Shown: positions 1-11,041, counted from the stretch's first letter. The stretch: 64,000 nucleotides of DNA from Candidatus Melainabacteria bacterium (GCA_016201905.1 JACQBQ010000039.1:913-64912), one strand, 5' to 3'. The notes: a model not told the origin generated them from the sequence alone. Made by a program: numbers and translations.

Positions 1-123
1 ACAAACTATTACTAGGCATAGAGTCAGAGCAAGATTACTAGAGTTGAAGACAATTTCCTTTAAATTTATGACTTTCTGCTTCTTCTCCTTTTTAGTTATA
101 TCTTTTTCAATTGTTTTTGGCAT
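1..123 (-). CDS. Partial CDS with only the N-terminal 41 codons, running off the left edge; possibly a further member of the GT-C/TPR array
   Basis: ATG at 123..121 on the minus strand, open to position 1. It translates to MPKTIEKDITKKEKKQKVINLKEIVFNSSNLALTLCLVIVC, a Lys-rich N-terminus followed by a hydrophobic segment. This is the same layout as the N-termini of the upstream paralogues. It starts 52 nt after the stop of 176..2254. It is absent from the ORF track because it is truncated. Confidence 0.3.
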   Translation of the reverse strand, partial: MPKTIEKDITKKEKKQKVINLKEIVFNSSNLALTLCLVIVC

Positions 124-175
124 ATTTTGTTTTTAAGTATAATTCATTTGTAATACTACTGATTTGTCAATTCAC

Positions 176-2254
176 TTAGCTCTCAGGAACCAGCTTAATG
201 TTATCTTTTGATTTTTTAGCCATGACTTGATTGTTTAATTGTATAAAAACATTATAGGCATCTTCCAGGCTTTCTTTTGAATGTGTTCTAATGCCATACA
301 AATATGAAAACAATGCAAATTGATTCGAGTGATTTATTTCCTTGTAAAACTGTTTTAAGTTAAATAGTGTTTGTGTATCATATGGGAAATATTTAAATGA
401 TTTTTTCAAATAGTTCTCAGCTTTTTGGAAGTCATTATATTTACTTTTGTGTAAAATTGCTAAAGGTATTAATATGACAGGAGTTAATTTTCTTTTTACG
501 CTGTAATTTAATGTTTTTTCAGCTTCGTCCAAATCATTTTTTGCAAATAAAAGTCCAAGATAAAGATCAAGTACCTGTGTATCGATAATGGATAAATCCT
601 GCATGTATGGCTTTAAAATTTCAAAAGCCATTTCTTTATTTCCTTCAAGCCCAATTTTTGTAAGTGCAAGCAGATATGCAGTTTTAGCCTGCATGGCTTT
701 TGGATCAAGCCCATAAGCCTTAATTACTTTTGGGATTTTGTTTTGATATTTTTGTTTTTCCTCTTCAAGCTTTAAAAGTGAATTTTCGAGAATTTCTATT
801 CCGCTGATAAGGTATTCATTACCTTTATCCTTATACTTCTCGCTGTTTGAAGAAAGTAAAAGACTTCCCAACATTTGGAGTCTTAGCGATTTAAACAAAT
901 CGTTTGGAGCTTCCCTTAGAGCTGATACAAATAGTGTTGAACTGTCTTTCCAGTCCAATGTTCGAATATAAGCTCTGATGCTTAAAGTAAGAAGGACTAG
1001 GAACATAATAAATATTTTGGAATGGTTCCAAAATCTATCTTTGTCAGTAGTTATATTTGAAAATAAAAAATGAGAAAGCCCGAATATGAGCATTAGTAAG
1101 GAAAAATACAGATATCGTTCACTTATTAGGCAGTATGTCGGAGAAAAAATATGCAGGAAAGGTAAAAGAGCAATAAAAAAAGGAGCAAATGCAGTAAAGA
1201 AATAAAAGCAAAACCTTTTTCTTATAAAAAAGAATGATAGGCATAAGAGTAAGATAAATGAATACATGAAAATAAATGAACAAATTGAATGGAATGAAAA
1301 TAATGTTTTTGAAAAATCTATTATCATTGTTTGATCGATAGATAGGCGTAGAGGAGAAACGATTAATTTTATAAAATGAAAGAAGATTTGAGGTGATAGC
1401 CAAAAAATTCGCTCAAGTGTGATTGAAATTGGAGTAATCTCTGGAGTGAAAATGTTTCCCCTGATAACAGAAGATAAGAAATAGCCTACATAAACCACTA
1501 GCGCTATTAACAGAGGGAGTGCTTTCTTAAAAGCGGTATTTAGAGATTGTAGAACTGTATCATGTGGATTGTGAAAAGAATGAATCGCATAGATATAGAA
1601 AAATAAAATGAGCGGAACTGTTATAGAATACTCAGAATTAAAAAGGGGGAATAAGAAAAAAATGAAAACAAGTATACGACTCCAGGGATTTTCTTTTGAA
1701 TCAGAATCTATCCAATTAACAAAATAAAATACTAAAATTAAGCAGAGAGTATAAGTCAAAATTGCTGCCCAGTTAGCTGTAAATAAAATTGATTCTATAT
1801 TTACTGGGTGTAGTGCCCATAACAGTGTGAGAAAAGAAACTAACAGATATCTTATTTTGCTCTTCTTTAGAGAAGAACTGCATTGGGTTTCAGAGACTTT
1901 GTTTAAAGTCATATAAAGAAGGAGTGTGTTTAGTAGATGCAATGAAAATGATAAAAAGTGATAAGAAAAAGCATTTTTTTTGAATAAACAATATACAAAT
2001 AATGTAACTAAAGTGTTGATTGGATCACAGCGAAGGTTTGAAATAGTTGAATAAAAAGGATTACTGGCTTCAAAGTGATTATTTAATCCAAAGTATTTAA
2101 TGTATTCAAGAAGTTGTGTGAAAGAAGCAGGTATTGGCAATATTGTTTCGTTAAATATAATCTGTTCGTCAAAATGTTTCCACGGATAGTTTAAGGTATG
2201 TGCAAAAAAAATAGAAACAATTGTTAGTGTTAAAAAACAAAATAAAGTTGCCAT
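176..2254 (-). CDS. TMTC/PMT-like GT-C polytopic membrane glycosyltransferase with C-terminal TPR-like repeats (array member 1 by coordinate)
   Basis: 692-aa ORF with a ~430-aa multi-TM N-terminal region and a helical-repeat C-terminus. Motifs: HFDEQIIFNE after TM1, LLWALHPVNIESIL, ERIFWLSPQIFFHFIKLIVSPLRLSIDQ, ISERYLYF, RTLDWKD. Closest paralogue is 2258..4417. Confidence 0.75.
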   Translation of the reverse strand: MATLFCFLTLTIVSIFFAHTLNYPWKHFDEQIIFNETILPIPASFTQLLEYIKYFGLNNHFEASNPFYSTISNLRCDPINTLVTLFVYCLFKKNAFSYHFLSFSLHLLNTLLLYMTLNKVSETQCSSSLKKSKIRYLLVSFLTLLWALHPVNIESILFTANWAAILTYTLCLILVFYFVNWIDSDSKENPWSRILVFIFFLFPLFNSEYSITVPLILFFYIYAIHSFHNPHDTVLQSLNTAFKKALPLLIALVVYVGYFLSSVIRGNIFTPEITPISITLERIFWLSPQIFFHFIKLIVSPLRLSIDQTMIIDFSKTLFSFHSICSFIFMYSFILLLCLSFFFIRKRFCFYFFTAFAPFFIALLPFLHIFSPTYCLISERYLYFSLLMLIFGLSHFLFSNITTDKDRFWNHSKIFIMFLVLLTLSIRAYIRTLDWKDSSTLFVSALREAPNDLFKSLRLQMLGSLLLSSNSEKYKDKGNEYLISGIEILENSLLKLEEEKQKYQNKIPKVIKAYGLDPKAMQAKTAYLLALTKIGLEGNKEMAFEILKPYMQDLSIIDTQVLDLYLGLLFAKNDLDEAEKTLNYSVKRKLTPVILIPLAILHKSKYNDFQKAENYLKKSFKYFPYDTQTLFNLKQFYKEINHSNQFALFSYLYGIRTHSKESLEDAYNVFIQLNNQVMAKKSKDNIKLVPES

Positions 2255-2257
2255 CTT

Positions 2258-4417
2258 TTATAATCTCCCAAAAATCTGCTCATATATAATTTTAGTCTGG
2301 ATTACTTGTGGATCATTAATATATTCTCTTAAAAGTTTTTGCAGGATATTTTTTGACATCTCTTTGTTGTTTAAAGCAAGATATACATGAGCTGCTTCCT
2401 TTAAACTTTCGGGATCGTGGGTTCTAAGCCCGTAAAGGTATGAATAAAATGCAAATTCTTTCGCATTGTTTAGTTTCTTGTAAAGCCTTTTTAAGCCAAA
2501 TAAAGTAGAAGGATCATATGGAAAATATTTAAAAGATTGATTTAAATATTTTTCAGTAAGTGTCAGATCGTTATATTTGAACTCGCATAAGTCTGACAAA
2601 GCTACAAATAATACTGGACTAAATCTTCTTTGGTTTAGTGCCTTATGTAAGATATTTTCAGCTGCATCAATATTTTTTGTATTAAATAAAATCTGATAGT
2701 AGAAATCCAGAATGATTGTATCTAAAAATCCTAGATTCTTTGCATATGGTTCAAATATTTTATAAGCCTTATAAGGATCACTATTATTAGAGTATTCAGT
2801 GAAAGCTAGTAAAAAGGCTACTTTTGCCTCAAGTGTTTTTGGATCTAACCCATAAAACTTAATGACTTGAGGTGTTTTATCCTGATATTTTATTTTTTTA
2901 TTCTTAAAGTAAATGAGTGCTTTCTTTAAGGTTCTTCTGGAAGCTTCGTTATATTTATTGATGGTATTTTGAGAGATGTCTTTCTGGAAAGTTTTTAATG
3001 AAGAAGCAACCATTTCTAATCTAAGCCCTTTATAAAGATTGTTGGGAGAAGTTTTAATAGCAGATGTAAGTAAAGTGTAACTATCGCTCCAGTCCAGGGT
3101 ACGGAAATAAGTTCTTGTACTTAATGTGCATAGGATTAAAAGCAAAATTATTACTGAAAGGTGGGGTATGAACTTCTTTTGTGAAAAATCTGAAATTAAT
3201 GAAAATAAAATATAAGAAAATCCAATTATAAGAAAAAAAAGTGGAGAGTAAAGGTATCTTTCACTTGCAAGGTTATAAATGGGCGACAGTATATGTAAGA
3301 AAGGGAATAGTGAGAAGAAAAACGGAATAAACAAAATAAAAAGATAAAAGAACCCTCTCCTCCTTACATAAAAAAATGAAATTAAAGAGAGAAAAAGTAA
3401 GCCAAACATAATTAGAAAACATAAAATTGCATAAGGGTGAAAAAGGTAATGGGAAAACTTGACTTGTGCTGTTTGATCGATTGATAAGGTTATCGGGAAG
3501 AAAATTAATTTCAGAAAATGTAAAAATATCTGTGGTGCTAGCCAAAATATTCGTTCTAATGTAACCTCAAGAGGAGTCTTGGCTATCATGTTTAAGTTTT
3601 CTTTTGTCAGAGAAGAAAAGAAATGAAAAATAAAAATTGCAAGTACCAGAAGTAGAGGCAGTAACTTTTTAAGAGAGTATAGTATAGTTTGAAAGGTAAA
3701 ATAATCGGAATGATTATTCTGATGATTAGCATAGATGTAGAAAAATAAAATCAAAGGAAGCGTCACCGAATGTTCGCAAATAAATAGTGATGAAATGAAT
3801 AGAATAAATGTAAGAATAAAAAATGAAAAATGATCTTCAGTCTTTGAATTAAAGAAACAAAATACTGTTGTAAAAGCTAAAGTATAGGAAAGAAGAGTTG
3901 GCCAATTGCATGCAAATAAAACCGGTTCCACTATTGCCGGGTGCAGTGACCATAAAAGAGTTAATAGAGAAATCAGGGAAAGCCTTGTCAAATTAGAAAT
4001 TAAAGAAGTAAGGCTATAATTCTTGGCAACACTGTTCAAAATTAAAAAAAGCAAGCAGGTGTTTATAGTGTGGAGAAGAATTGATGTCAGGTGATAAAGA
4101 GAGACATTCTTTTGAAACAAAAAAAATACAAAAAGTAAAATGAGGTTATTGATTTTGTCACACCTTATATTTGAAATGTTTGAGTATAGAGGATTGCTGG
4201 CTATGAAATGATTGTTAAGTCCAAACAGCTTTATCATTTCAAATATTTCTGAAAATGAGGCTGGAGCAGGCATTACTGTTTCATTGAAAATAATATCTTC
4301 ATCAAAGAACTTCCAAGAATAATTTATAGTGTGTAAGTAAAATAAAAAAACAACTGAGCCTGTTATAAGGCAAATAAACAGAGTCAAATAGTTTTGTTTG
4401 TTTGGATTTGCTTTCAA
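2258..4417 (-). CDS. TMTC/PMT-like GT-C membrane glycosyltransferase with TPR-like C-terminus (array member 2)
   Basis: 719-aa ORF, 3 nt from its neighbour. Motifs: FFDEDIIFNE, LLWSLHPAIVEPVL, ERIFWLAPQIFLHFLKLIFFPITLSIDQ, ASERYLYS, RTLDWSD. Confidence 0.75.
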   Translation of the reverse strand: MKANPNKQNYLTLFICLITGSVVFLFYLHTINYSWKFFDEDIIFNETVMPAPASFSEIFEMIKLFGLNNHFIASNPLYSNISNIRCDKINNLILLFVFFLFQKNVSLYHLTSILLHTINTCLLFLILNSVAKNYSLTSLISNLTRLSLISLLTLLWSLHPAIVEPVLFACNWPTLLSYTLAFTTVFCFFNSKTEDHFSFFILTFILFISSLFICEHSVTLPLILFFYIYANHQNNHSDYFTFQTILYSLKKLLPLLLVLAIFIFHFFSSLTKENLNMIAKTPLEVTLERIFWLAPQIFLHFLKLIFFPITLSIDQTAQVKFSHYLFHPYAILCFLIMFGLLFLSLISFFYVRRRGFFYLFILFIPFFFSLFPFLHILSPIYNLASERYLYSPLFFLIIGFSYILFSLISDFSQKKFIPHLSVIILLLILCTLSTRTYFRTLDWSDSYTLLTSAIKTSPNNLYKGLRLEMVASSLKTFQKDISQNTINKYNEASRRTLKKALIYFKNKKIKYQDKTPQVIKFYGLDPKTLEAKVAFLLAFTEYSNNSDPYKAYKIFEPYAKNLGFLDTIILDFYYQILFNTKNIDAAENILHKALNQRRFSPVLFVALSDLCEFKYNDLTLTEKYLNQSFKYFPYDPSTLFGLKRLYKKLNNAKEFAFYSYLYGLRTHDPESLKEAAHVYLALNNKEMSKNILQKLLREYINDPQVIQTKIIYEQIFGRL

Positions 4418-4419
4418 GT

Positions 4420-6558
4420 TTAAAACCCCTTAGTTCTTGTCTTCTCTAGAGATGAAATTCTATTTTCTGCTCTTAGAGCTTTGTCTTTTTTATTTAATAA
4501 GAAATAAATATTTTGTGCAACCTTTAAATCTTCTGCTGAGTGTGCTCTAAGTCCATAAATATATGAAAAGTCAGCAAATTTTTCATAATCTCCCTTTGCC
4601 TGATATATTTTTTTCAGTAAAGTAAGTGTTCTTATATCGTACGGGAAGTACTTAAATGCTTGCAATGCAAACTTTTCTATTTCTTTCAGGTAAGCTTTAT
4701 CTATTTTTGTTAAATCAGCTGTGATAAAAATTATTCGTAAAGAGTAAGGATCCCTTTCATGTAGAATTTTTAAAATCTCTTCAGATTCAGGTAACATGTT
4801 GTTTTGATAAAATAATGTTGAATAAAAAACGAGTGCATCAACAGGTAGGATAGAAAGATCTTTTATATGTTCCTGCATGATTTTTAAAGCTATTTTTGGA
4901 TCTTTATTTAATCTAAAACTAGTTTGTGCGTATACATATGCTGCCTTTGAAAGAAGTGTTTCTGGATCTAAGCCATAGGTTTTAAGAATAATTGGTGTTA
5001 CTACTTCATACATGTCTGTTTGTTTTTGAAGTTCAGTAATTGCTTGTTTGGCATATTTAATAGCAAGCTTTTTGTATTCTGGTTTAACTTCATCAAGTGG
5101 ACTATCACTTAAGATTTTATCCTGTGGTATTAATTCTTTATATTTAAATGCTTTGTAAAGAGGATTGTCAGTAGTTTTGATTACTGATTTATACAGTGTG
5201 TCATTATTTTTCCAGTCCAGCGTTCTTACATATGCTCTCCCTGAAGATATTGCTAAAAGTATTATTAATATTGAAATCATTAAGTTTGTGAAAGCTTTTT
5301 TATTCTCATATTCTGAAATCCTTAGAAATATAAGATGTGCAAATCCAAAAATTAAAATAAATGAGGAAAAATATAAATATCGTTCACTGGCTAAATTATA
5401 TGATTGAGCTAATACCTGTGAATAAGGTATTAAAGAAAGAAGAAGCGGAATAGTTATTACAAAGAAACTAGGGAATTTTTTGTTTGCTCTTACTAAAGAA
5501 ATAAGAGAGAGAAGTATAGAAATAAAAATAAAACCAATGCAAAAAATTGCAGATGGGTCAAAAAGAGTTTTTGCAATTTTTACAAAAAAAGTCTGGTCTA
5601 TTGAAAGATTAATCGGAAAAAAAATGAGCTTTATGAAATGGAAAATAATTTGAGGAGAAAGCCATAAGATTCTTTCTGTAATTAGAATGGGCGAAAATGT
5701 GCCAATATTGATTCTTGTTCTTGAAAACAAAAAGGATATTACAAATATAAGAGAAGCAGTTAATAATGGTAATGCCTCAAGAATAGTTTCCTTAAAACAT
5801 ATTGGAAATGATTTTGAGAATGAAATAGATTTATGATTGAAGTGTATTTTCATTACCAGTGTGTATGCCATAAGAATAAGTGGAAGCATAAAATTAAACT
5901 CTGCGGTAAAGAGTGCGATTACAAAAGGTACAAATAAAAAAATAAATCTGGAGAATGTAAATCTAACTAGTTTAAAATCCTGAGGTTGTAATTTTAAATA
6001 AATAAAAGCTGTTAGAAAGCAAAGAGTGTGACTTAAAACAATGTTTCCATTTGACAGTAGTAAAACTGATTCCATGTTTACCGGGTGAAGAGCCCACAGT
6101 AATGTAAGTGTAGAAATCAGAATCAGTTTAATTGATTTATTAACTTCATCTTTTAGGAAGAGCTTGGATACTGTATTTAGTATCAGGAATATAAGGATTG
6201 TATTTATTAGATGTAGACTTAGGCTGTAAAGATGATATGAGACAGGATTCTTCTTAAGAAAGAATAGAATCAGCAGCATAAATAGGTTATTGAATATAGG
6301 GTTACAACGAAACGAAATTATATTTGAGTAAAGAGTGTTGGTCGCTTCAAAGCAGTTATTTAGTCCCAGTAAAGATATCAGTTCAAACATTTCAGAGAAT
6401 GAACTACATATAGGAAGGTAGCTTTCTTGTAGAGGTACTATTTCATCATAAGCTTTTATCTGATAAAAAATTGTATGAGAGAAAAAAATAAATACAATTA
6501 GGCAGCTAATAATGCATGTTAAAGCAGTCAGATTGATCTTCTTTGACTTTTGTTTCAT
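4420..6558 (-). CDS. TMTC/PMT-like GT-C membrane glycosyltransferase with TPR-like C-terminus (array member 3)
   Basis: 712-aa ORF. Motifs: AYDEIVPLQE, LLWALHPVNMESVL, ERILWLSPQIIFHFIKLIFFPINLSIDQ, ASERYLYF, RTLDWKN. Closest paralogue is 6561..8714. Confidence 0.75.
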   Translation of the reverse strand: MKQKSKKINLTALTCIISCLIVFIFFSHTIFYQIKAYDEIVPLQESYLPICSSFSEMFELISLLGLNNCFEATNTLYSNIISFRCNPIFNNLFMLLILFFLKKNPVSYHLYSLSLHLINTILIFLILNTVSKLFLKDEVNKSIKLILISTLTLLWALHPVNMESVLLLSNGNIVLSHTLCFLTAFIYLKLQPQDFKLVRFTFSRFIFLFVPFVIALFTAEFNFMLPLILMAYTLVMKIHFNHKSISFSKSFPICFKETILEALPLLTASLIFVISFLFSRTRINIGTFSPILITERILWLSPQIIFHFIKLIFFPINLSIDQTFFVKIAKTLFDPSAIFCIGFIFISILLSLISLVRANKKFPSFFVITIPLLLSLIPYSQVLAQSYNLASERYLYFSSFILIFGFAHLIFLRISEYENKKAFTNLMISILIILLAISSGRAYVRTLDWKNNDTLYKSVIKTTDNPLYKAFKYKELIPQDKILSDSPLDEVKPEYKKLAIKYAKQAITELQKQTDMYEVVTPIILKTYGLDPETLLSKAAYVYAQTSFRLNKDPKIALKIMQEHIKDLSILPVDALVFYSTLFYQNNMLPESEEILKILHERDPYSLRIIFITADLTKIDKAYLKEIEKFALQAFKYFPYDIRTLTLLKKIYQAKGDYEKFADFSYIYGLRAHSAEDLKVAQNIYFLLNKKDKALRAENRISSLEKTRTKGF

Positions 6559-6560
6559 TC

Positions 6561-8714
6561 TTAATCCCTGCCACTTAAAATTTTCTCTAAAGATACAATC
6601 CTGTTTTCTGCTTTAAGGAGTCTGTCTTTGTTATTTAGGAGCAAGTATAAGTTATGTGCAATCTTTAAGTCTTCTAATGAATGTGTTCTAAGTCCATAAA
6701 CATATGAAAAGTAAGCATATTTTTCACGCTCTCCCTTCACTTTATATAATTTTGTTAGTAATAATAATGTTTTTGTATCGTATGGATAGTACTTAAAAGC
6801 TTTTAAGGCATATTTTTCTATCTCTGCTAAGTTTCCGTATTTGATTAAAATGAAATCACAAAGTGAAAAAACAATTCGTAGAGAGTAAGGATCTTTTTTA
6901 TATCCCAACCTTAGTAGTTCCTCAGCTTTATCCGGCTTATCGCTAAAGTAAAAAAGTGAAGAATAAAAAGCAAGTGCGTCAGTACTTAATAAGTCCGGGT
7001 CTTCTATATTATTTTGCATTATGCTAAGTGCTTTTTGAATATCATTGTTTAAACTGAAATCAACTTTCGCAAGCAGATATTCTGCTTTTGCAAGTAGTGT
7101 TCTTGGATCCAACCCGTAATTTTTAATTATGAGTGGTGTGCTCAATTGAAATTTATCTTTTTCAATTTTTAAAAGTTCAATAGCTTTCTTTAAGTTTTTA
7201 ATAGCAAGTTTTTTATATTTTGGCTCAACTGCTTCTTCCGGGTATTCTATTAAAAGCTTATCTTGTGAAGTAAGCTCCATATATCTAAATGCTTTGTATA
7301 GAGGATTATTAGTAGCTTTAATGGCTGATTTATAAAATGTAATGTTGTCTTTCCAGTCTAAAGTTCTAAAATAGTCCCTTGTAGTATAAGTGCACATTAG
7401 AGAAAATAAAATAAAAAGTAATATCTTCGTAGGCATTTTATTAATGCTTGTATTGATTTGGAAGTTGTTAAATAAAAGGTGTGAGAACCCAAATATTAAA
7501 AGAAACAACGGTAGATATAAATATCTTTCGCTTACAAGGTTATAAGACGGTGCCAGGATCTGCGAATAAGGTACAAGTGAAAGAAGAAATGATAAAAAAG
7601 TTATAAAGAAAAAAGGAAGCTTACTTGTTGCTTTAATTAAAGATAAAAATGACAGGCATATGATAATGAATATGAAGCTAAAGCAAAAAACAGCATAAGG
7701 GTCAAATAACGATTTTCCTAATCGCAATAAAAATGTTTGATCTATTGAAAGCTTAATTGGGAAAAAAACAAGTTTAAAAAAGTGAAATAGTATTTGGGGA
7801 GAAAGCCAAAAGATCCTCTCCAAAATTAGTATTAATGAATGAGAGCCAATGTTAATTCTGGAGGGTGAAAATATGAATGCTATTACAAATAAAAAAGCAG
7901 CTATAAACAATGGTAATGTTTCGCTTAAAGTTTCTCTAAGACAGATTGGAAAAGATTTTGAGAATGAAGTAGATTTATAGTTGAAATATAACTTCATGGC
8001 AATCGTGTATATAAAAAGAATAAAAGGCAGCATAAAGTTGTATTCTGCAGTAAATAGTGCAATCATAAATGGCAAAAATAAAATTAAAAATCTTGAGAGA
8101 GTTTGTTTTATTGGTTTAAAATCAAAAGGTAATTGCTTTATATAAATATAGACTGTTAGAAAACAAAGAGTATGTCCTATAAGGGTGTTGGTATTTGAAA
8201 GCAATAGAACTGATTCAATGTTTATAGGATGTAGTGCCCATAATAACGTTAGCAGTGAAATAATAGATAACCTGGTTTTATTGTTCTGTTCATCTTGTGC
8301 TGAAGTTATAGATTCAGATTTGTTTAAATATAAAGTAGCTTTATTCATCATAAGAAAAATAAGAGCAGCATTGATTAAGTGCAATACTAAACTGCACATA
8401 TGATAAGCAACAGAATTCTTTTGAAAAATTAACTGTACTAAAAGTACAAGAAAAGTGCCAGCAGGATTACTTCTTAGGGAGACAATGTCTGAATAAAGAG
8501 TGTTAGTTGCTTCAAAATAATGATTTAATCCTAATAAAGAAATTAATTCGTACATTTCAGAAAAAGAAAAACAAACAGGGAGGAAGCTCTCATGAAACGG
8601 CATAAGTTCGTCAAAAGCTTTTAATTGAAAAAAGGTCGTAGGGAGATAAAATATAAAAACCACAAGTAGAGTAGCCAGGCAAAATATCATTATCCAGTTA
8701 GTGTTTTTTTTCAT
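6561..8714 (-). CDS. TMTC/PMT-like GT-C membrane glycosyltransferase with TPR-like C-terminus (array member 4)
   Basis: 717-aa ORF. Motifs: AFDELMPFHE, LLWALHPINIESVL, ERIFWLSPQILFHFFKLVFFPIKLSIDQ, VSERYLYL, RTLDWKD. Its start overlaps the stop of the upstream gene (ATGA, 8711..8714). Confidence 0.75.
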   Translation of the reverse strand: MKKNTNWIMIFCLATLLVVFIFYLPTTFFQLKAFDELMPFHESFLPVCFSFSEMYELISLLGLNHYFEATNTLYSDIVSLRSNPAGTFLVLLVQLIFQKNSVAYHMCSLVLHLINAALIFLMMNKATLYLNKSESITSAQDEQNNKTRLSIISLLTLLWALHPINIESVLLLSNTNTLIGHTLCFLTVYIYIKQLPFDFKPIKQTLSRFLILFLPFMIALFTAEYNFMLPFILFIYTIAMKLYFNYKSTSFSKSFPICLRETLSETLPLFIAAFLFVIAFIFSPSRINIGSHSLILILERIFWLSPQILFHFFKLVFFPIKLSIDQTFLLRLGKSLFDPYAVFCFSFIFIIICLSFLSLIKATSKLPFFFITFLSFLLSLVPYSQILAPSYNLVSERYLYLPLFLLIFGFSHLLFNNFQINTSINKMPTKILLFILFSLMCTYTTRDYFRTLDWKDNITFYKSAIKATNNPLYKAFRYMELTSQDKLLIEYPEEAVEPKYKKLAIKNLKKAIELLKIEKDKFQLSTPLIIKNYGLDPRTLLAKAEYLLAKVDFSLNNDIQKALSIMQNNIEDPDLLSTDALAFYSSLFYFSDKPDKAEELLRLGYKKDPYSLRIVFSLCDFILIKYGNLAEIEKYALKAFKYYPYDTKTLLLLTKLYKVKGEREKYAYFSYVYGLRTHSLEDLKIAHNLYLLLNNKDRLLKAENRIVSLEKILSGRD

Positions 8715-11041
8715 TTTTTATTTTCAGGCATTAACATTATTAATTGTTCTAACTCTTTTGTATACTTTTTTGCTTCAACCACATCATTTGAATTTAAGTT
8801 GAATTTTATTAAACCAATAAGAATACTTTTATATATGTCAGCATTTAACGGATTATAATTGTATAGATTTTTTGCTGCTAAATATGCTTCAGTTAAGGTT
8901 GGAATAACTTTTTCTTTTTCATTTGAAAGATAATAATATTTGCTAAGCAGTAAAAGTGTTATTGGATTTTGCCTGTCAAGCATTAGTAATTTAATCAGAG
9001 GTTTGTGAGCTTTGTTTAACTCATTTAGTGATAGATATAGTTGTAAGGATTTTTGGTAACCCTGTATTGAATGTATTCTTAAGCCCAGCAAATACTCGTA
9101 TTTAGCTAAGTTTTCAGTATCTTTTTTTAATTCATAAAGTTTAATCATCCTTTTTAGCATACGCTTATAAGTGGGATAAAAATTGTACCCGAATTCAATA
9201 ATTCTGGATGCTTTGATCAATTCATTTTTGTTTAAATATAAATTGCTGAGTGTATAAATTATAGTTGGGGAAAATGGATACTTGTCCCATGCATATTCAA
9301 GTATTTTCTGGGATTTATCTACTTGCTTGGTTGCATTTAGTAATTTTGCATACAGATCAAGTTCTGCACAGCCAGCGTATTTTATGTTTGGTTCTATAAT
9401 AGGTTCGTAAAATCGCAGGATATTATCAGGGTTTTCATTAAAGTGATTAAGCCTTATATTTGAAATTGTGTATGATGAACTTATTAATAAAGAAGTTGGG
9501 TCTAAGCCATAAACTCTTAGCGTCTGAGGAATTTGAATATGTCTGTGTTGTTTTTCATTTAGTTCTGTAGCTGCCCCTACTAATTCTTTTATACTTTTAT
9601 CTAAAAACATCCTCATTTTATTTCTTTCACCGATGCTGTCAAAGTAATAACCAAGTATTGAGTGTATTTGCCCTTTGTATAAGTTATCCTTTTTGCATTG
9701 AAGAGCTGAGCTGTAAAGAGTGTAAGTATTTTCCCATGCTTTAAGTCCGGTAACTGTTTTTATACCGAGTAAAATAGGGATTATAACTAAAATCGAATAA
9801 AGAAGCTTTTTATTCAATAGTGGTGATTGTTCAAAAGTAATTCTTATTGAGTGAATTAAAATTACTGAAGTAAATATGCCAACAAATAGTGGAAAGTAAC
9901 AATACCTTTCTGCTATTAAACAATATGTCGGAGAAATAATATGCAAAAATGGAAAAACAGAAAACAAAAAACTATAAATCAATGGAAAGGTAAATTTTAT
10001 CTTACTGGTTTTATTGAGAAAGAAGAGAATAGCAGGTATTAAAAGAAATTCTAAAAAAATAATTAGTTTAAATAGTGCAAGAGGATTAAAAATGGAATCC
10101 GATAAGTTTACTAAATTAGATTGATTGATCGATAGGTTTACTGGATAAATAAACAATTTTAAGAAATGAAAAAATATGTGTGGTGTTATAAGCAAAACTC
10201 TTTCAAGGAGCGGGCTTGTGAGCTGTTCTGAATACAATGAATGAGGCAAAAGTATAAGTGAGTAATATAAAACAAAAGATATAAGTCCTAAAAAAAATGG
10301 AATGCAAATTTTAAATGAATCTATAAATGCTTTTAAAACTGACCTGGAAAAATTATATGCAAATGAAAATGAAATAAAATACAAAATCAGAGGTAAAGTA
10401 TAGTTGTGCTCGTTTATTAAAAGTGACAGAAAATATAACAGTGTCAGCGAAATAATTTCTAAGCTTGTGTTCTCAAAATTGTTTTTATAAATCTTTTTTG
10501 TAATGTATAAGATAAATGCAAATGAAAAAGTATAGTTAAATAACATTGTCCAGTTTGTAGCCAGTTGTACTGCTTCTATGTTTGTCGGGTGTAATGCCCA
10601 CAGTAATGTAAGCAAAGTTGAAATAATCCAAATTCTGTTTGTTGCAAGCTTTAAAAATGACAATAATTGATAAAAAATTAGCCAGGTAAAAGCTGTGTTT
10701 ATCAGGTGCATTAAAACCCCAAATAAGTGATAGTAGAAAGCATTTTTTTTAAATAGATAGAATATAAGGATGTTGAAAATAGCTCCCAATGCATTTGAAT
10801 ATCTCGCATTGATTATGTTTGAGAAGAATGCATTTTGAGAATCAGTGTGGTAATTAAATGCATAAGTACGAATTATTTCGAATAACTCAGTAATATTTAA
10901 TGGTATAGGGAAAAGAGATTCATTAGATATAAGCCTTTCATCAAAGAACTGCCATTCCCGATTTAGTGAAGGTAGGTAAACCAATAAAACAATAATAATT
11001 GTAGTAAATAAAAAAAATAATTTTTTAATCTCTTTTTCCAT
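8711..11041 (-). CDS. TMTC/PMT-like GT-C membrane glycosyltransferase with extended TPR-like C-terminus (array member 5)
   Basis: 776-aa ORF. Motifs: FFDERLISNE, LLWALHPTNIEAVQ, ERVLLITPHIFFHFLKLFIYPVNLSINQ, IAERYCYF. It carries a ~110-aa extra C-terminal helical-repeat extension that is also present in member 7. Confidence 0.75.
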   Translation of the reverse strand: MEKEIKKLFFLFTTIIIVLLVYLPSLNREWQFFDERLISNESLFPIPLNITELFEIIRTYAFNYHTDSQNAFFSNIINARYSNALGAIFNILIFYLFKKNAFYYHLFGVLMHLINTAFTWLIFYQLLSFLKLATNRIWIISTLLTLLWALHPTNIEAVQLATNWTMLFNYTFSFAFILYITKKIYKNNFENTSLEIISLTLLYFLSLLINEHNYTLPLILYFISFSFAYNFSRSVLKAFIDSFKICIPFFLGLISFVLYYSLILLPHSLYSEQLTSPLLERVLLITPHIFFHFLKLFIYPVNLSINQSNLVNLSDSIFNPLALFKLIIFLEFLLIPAILFFLNKTSKIKFTFPLIYSFLFSVFPFLHIISPTYCLIAERYCYFPLFVGIFTSVILIHSIRITFEQSPLLNKKLLYSILVIIPILLGIKTVTGLKAWENTYTLYSSALQCKKDNLYKGQIHSILGYYFDSIGERNKMRMFLDKSIKELVGAATELNEKQHRHIQIPQTLRVYGLDPTSLLISSSYTISNIRLNHFNENPDNILRFYEPIIEPNIKYAGCAELDLYAKLLNATKQVDKSQKILEYAWDKYPFSPTIIYTLSNLYLNKNELIKASRIIEFGYNFYPTYKRMLKRMIKLYELKKDTENLAKYEYLLGLRIHSIQGYQKSLQLYLSLNELNKAHKPLIKLLMLDRQNPITLLLLSKYYYLSNEKEKVIPTLTEAYLAAKNLYNYNPLNADIYKSILIGLIKFNLNSNDVVEAKKYTKELEQLIMLMPENKK

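Noticed and set aside
1974-10750. A8/T8 homopolymer tracts in several array members as slipped-strand phase-variation switches. Examples are 1974..1981, 4119..4126 and 10743..10750 at the conserved F-(K/Q)-K-N motif, and 8704..8711 at a start codon.
   Set aside because: Runs of 8 A/T arise naturally from Lys/Phe codons in such an AT-rich genome. They are shorter than typical contingency tracts, and variability cannot be judged from a single sequence. They are worth a look only if population data exist.
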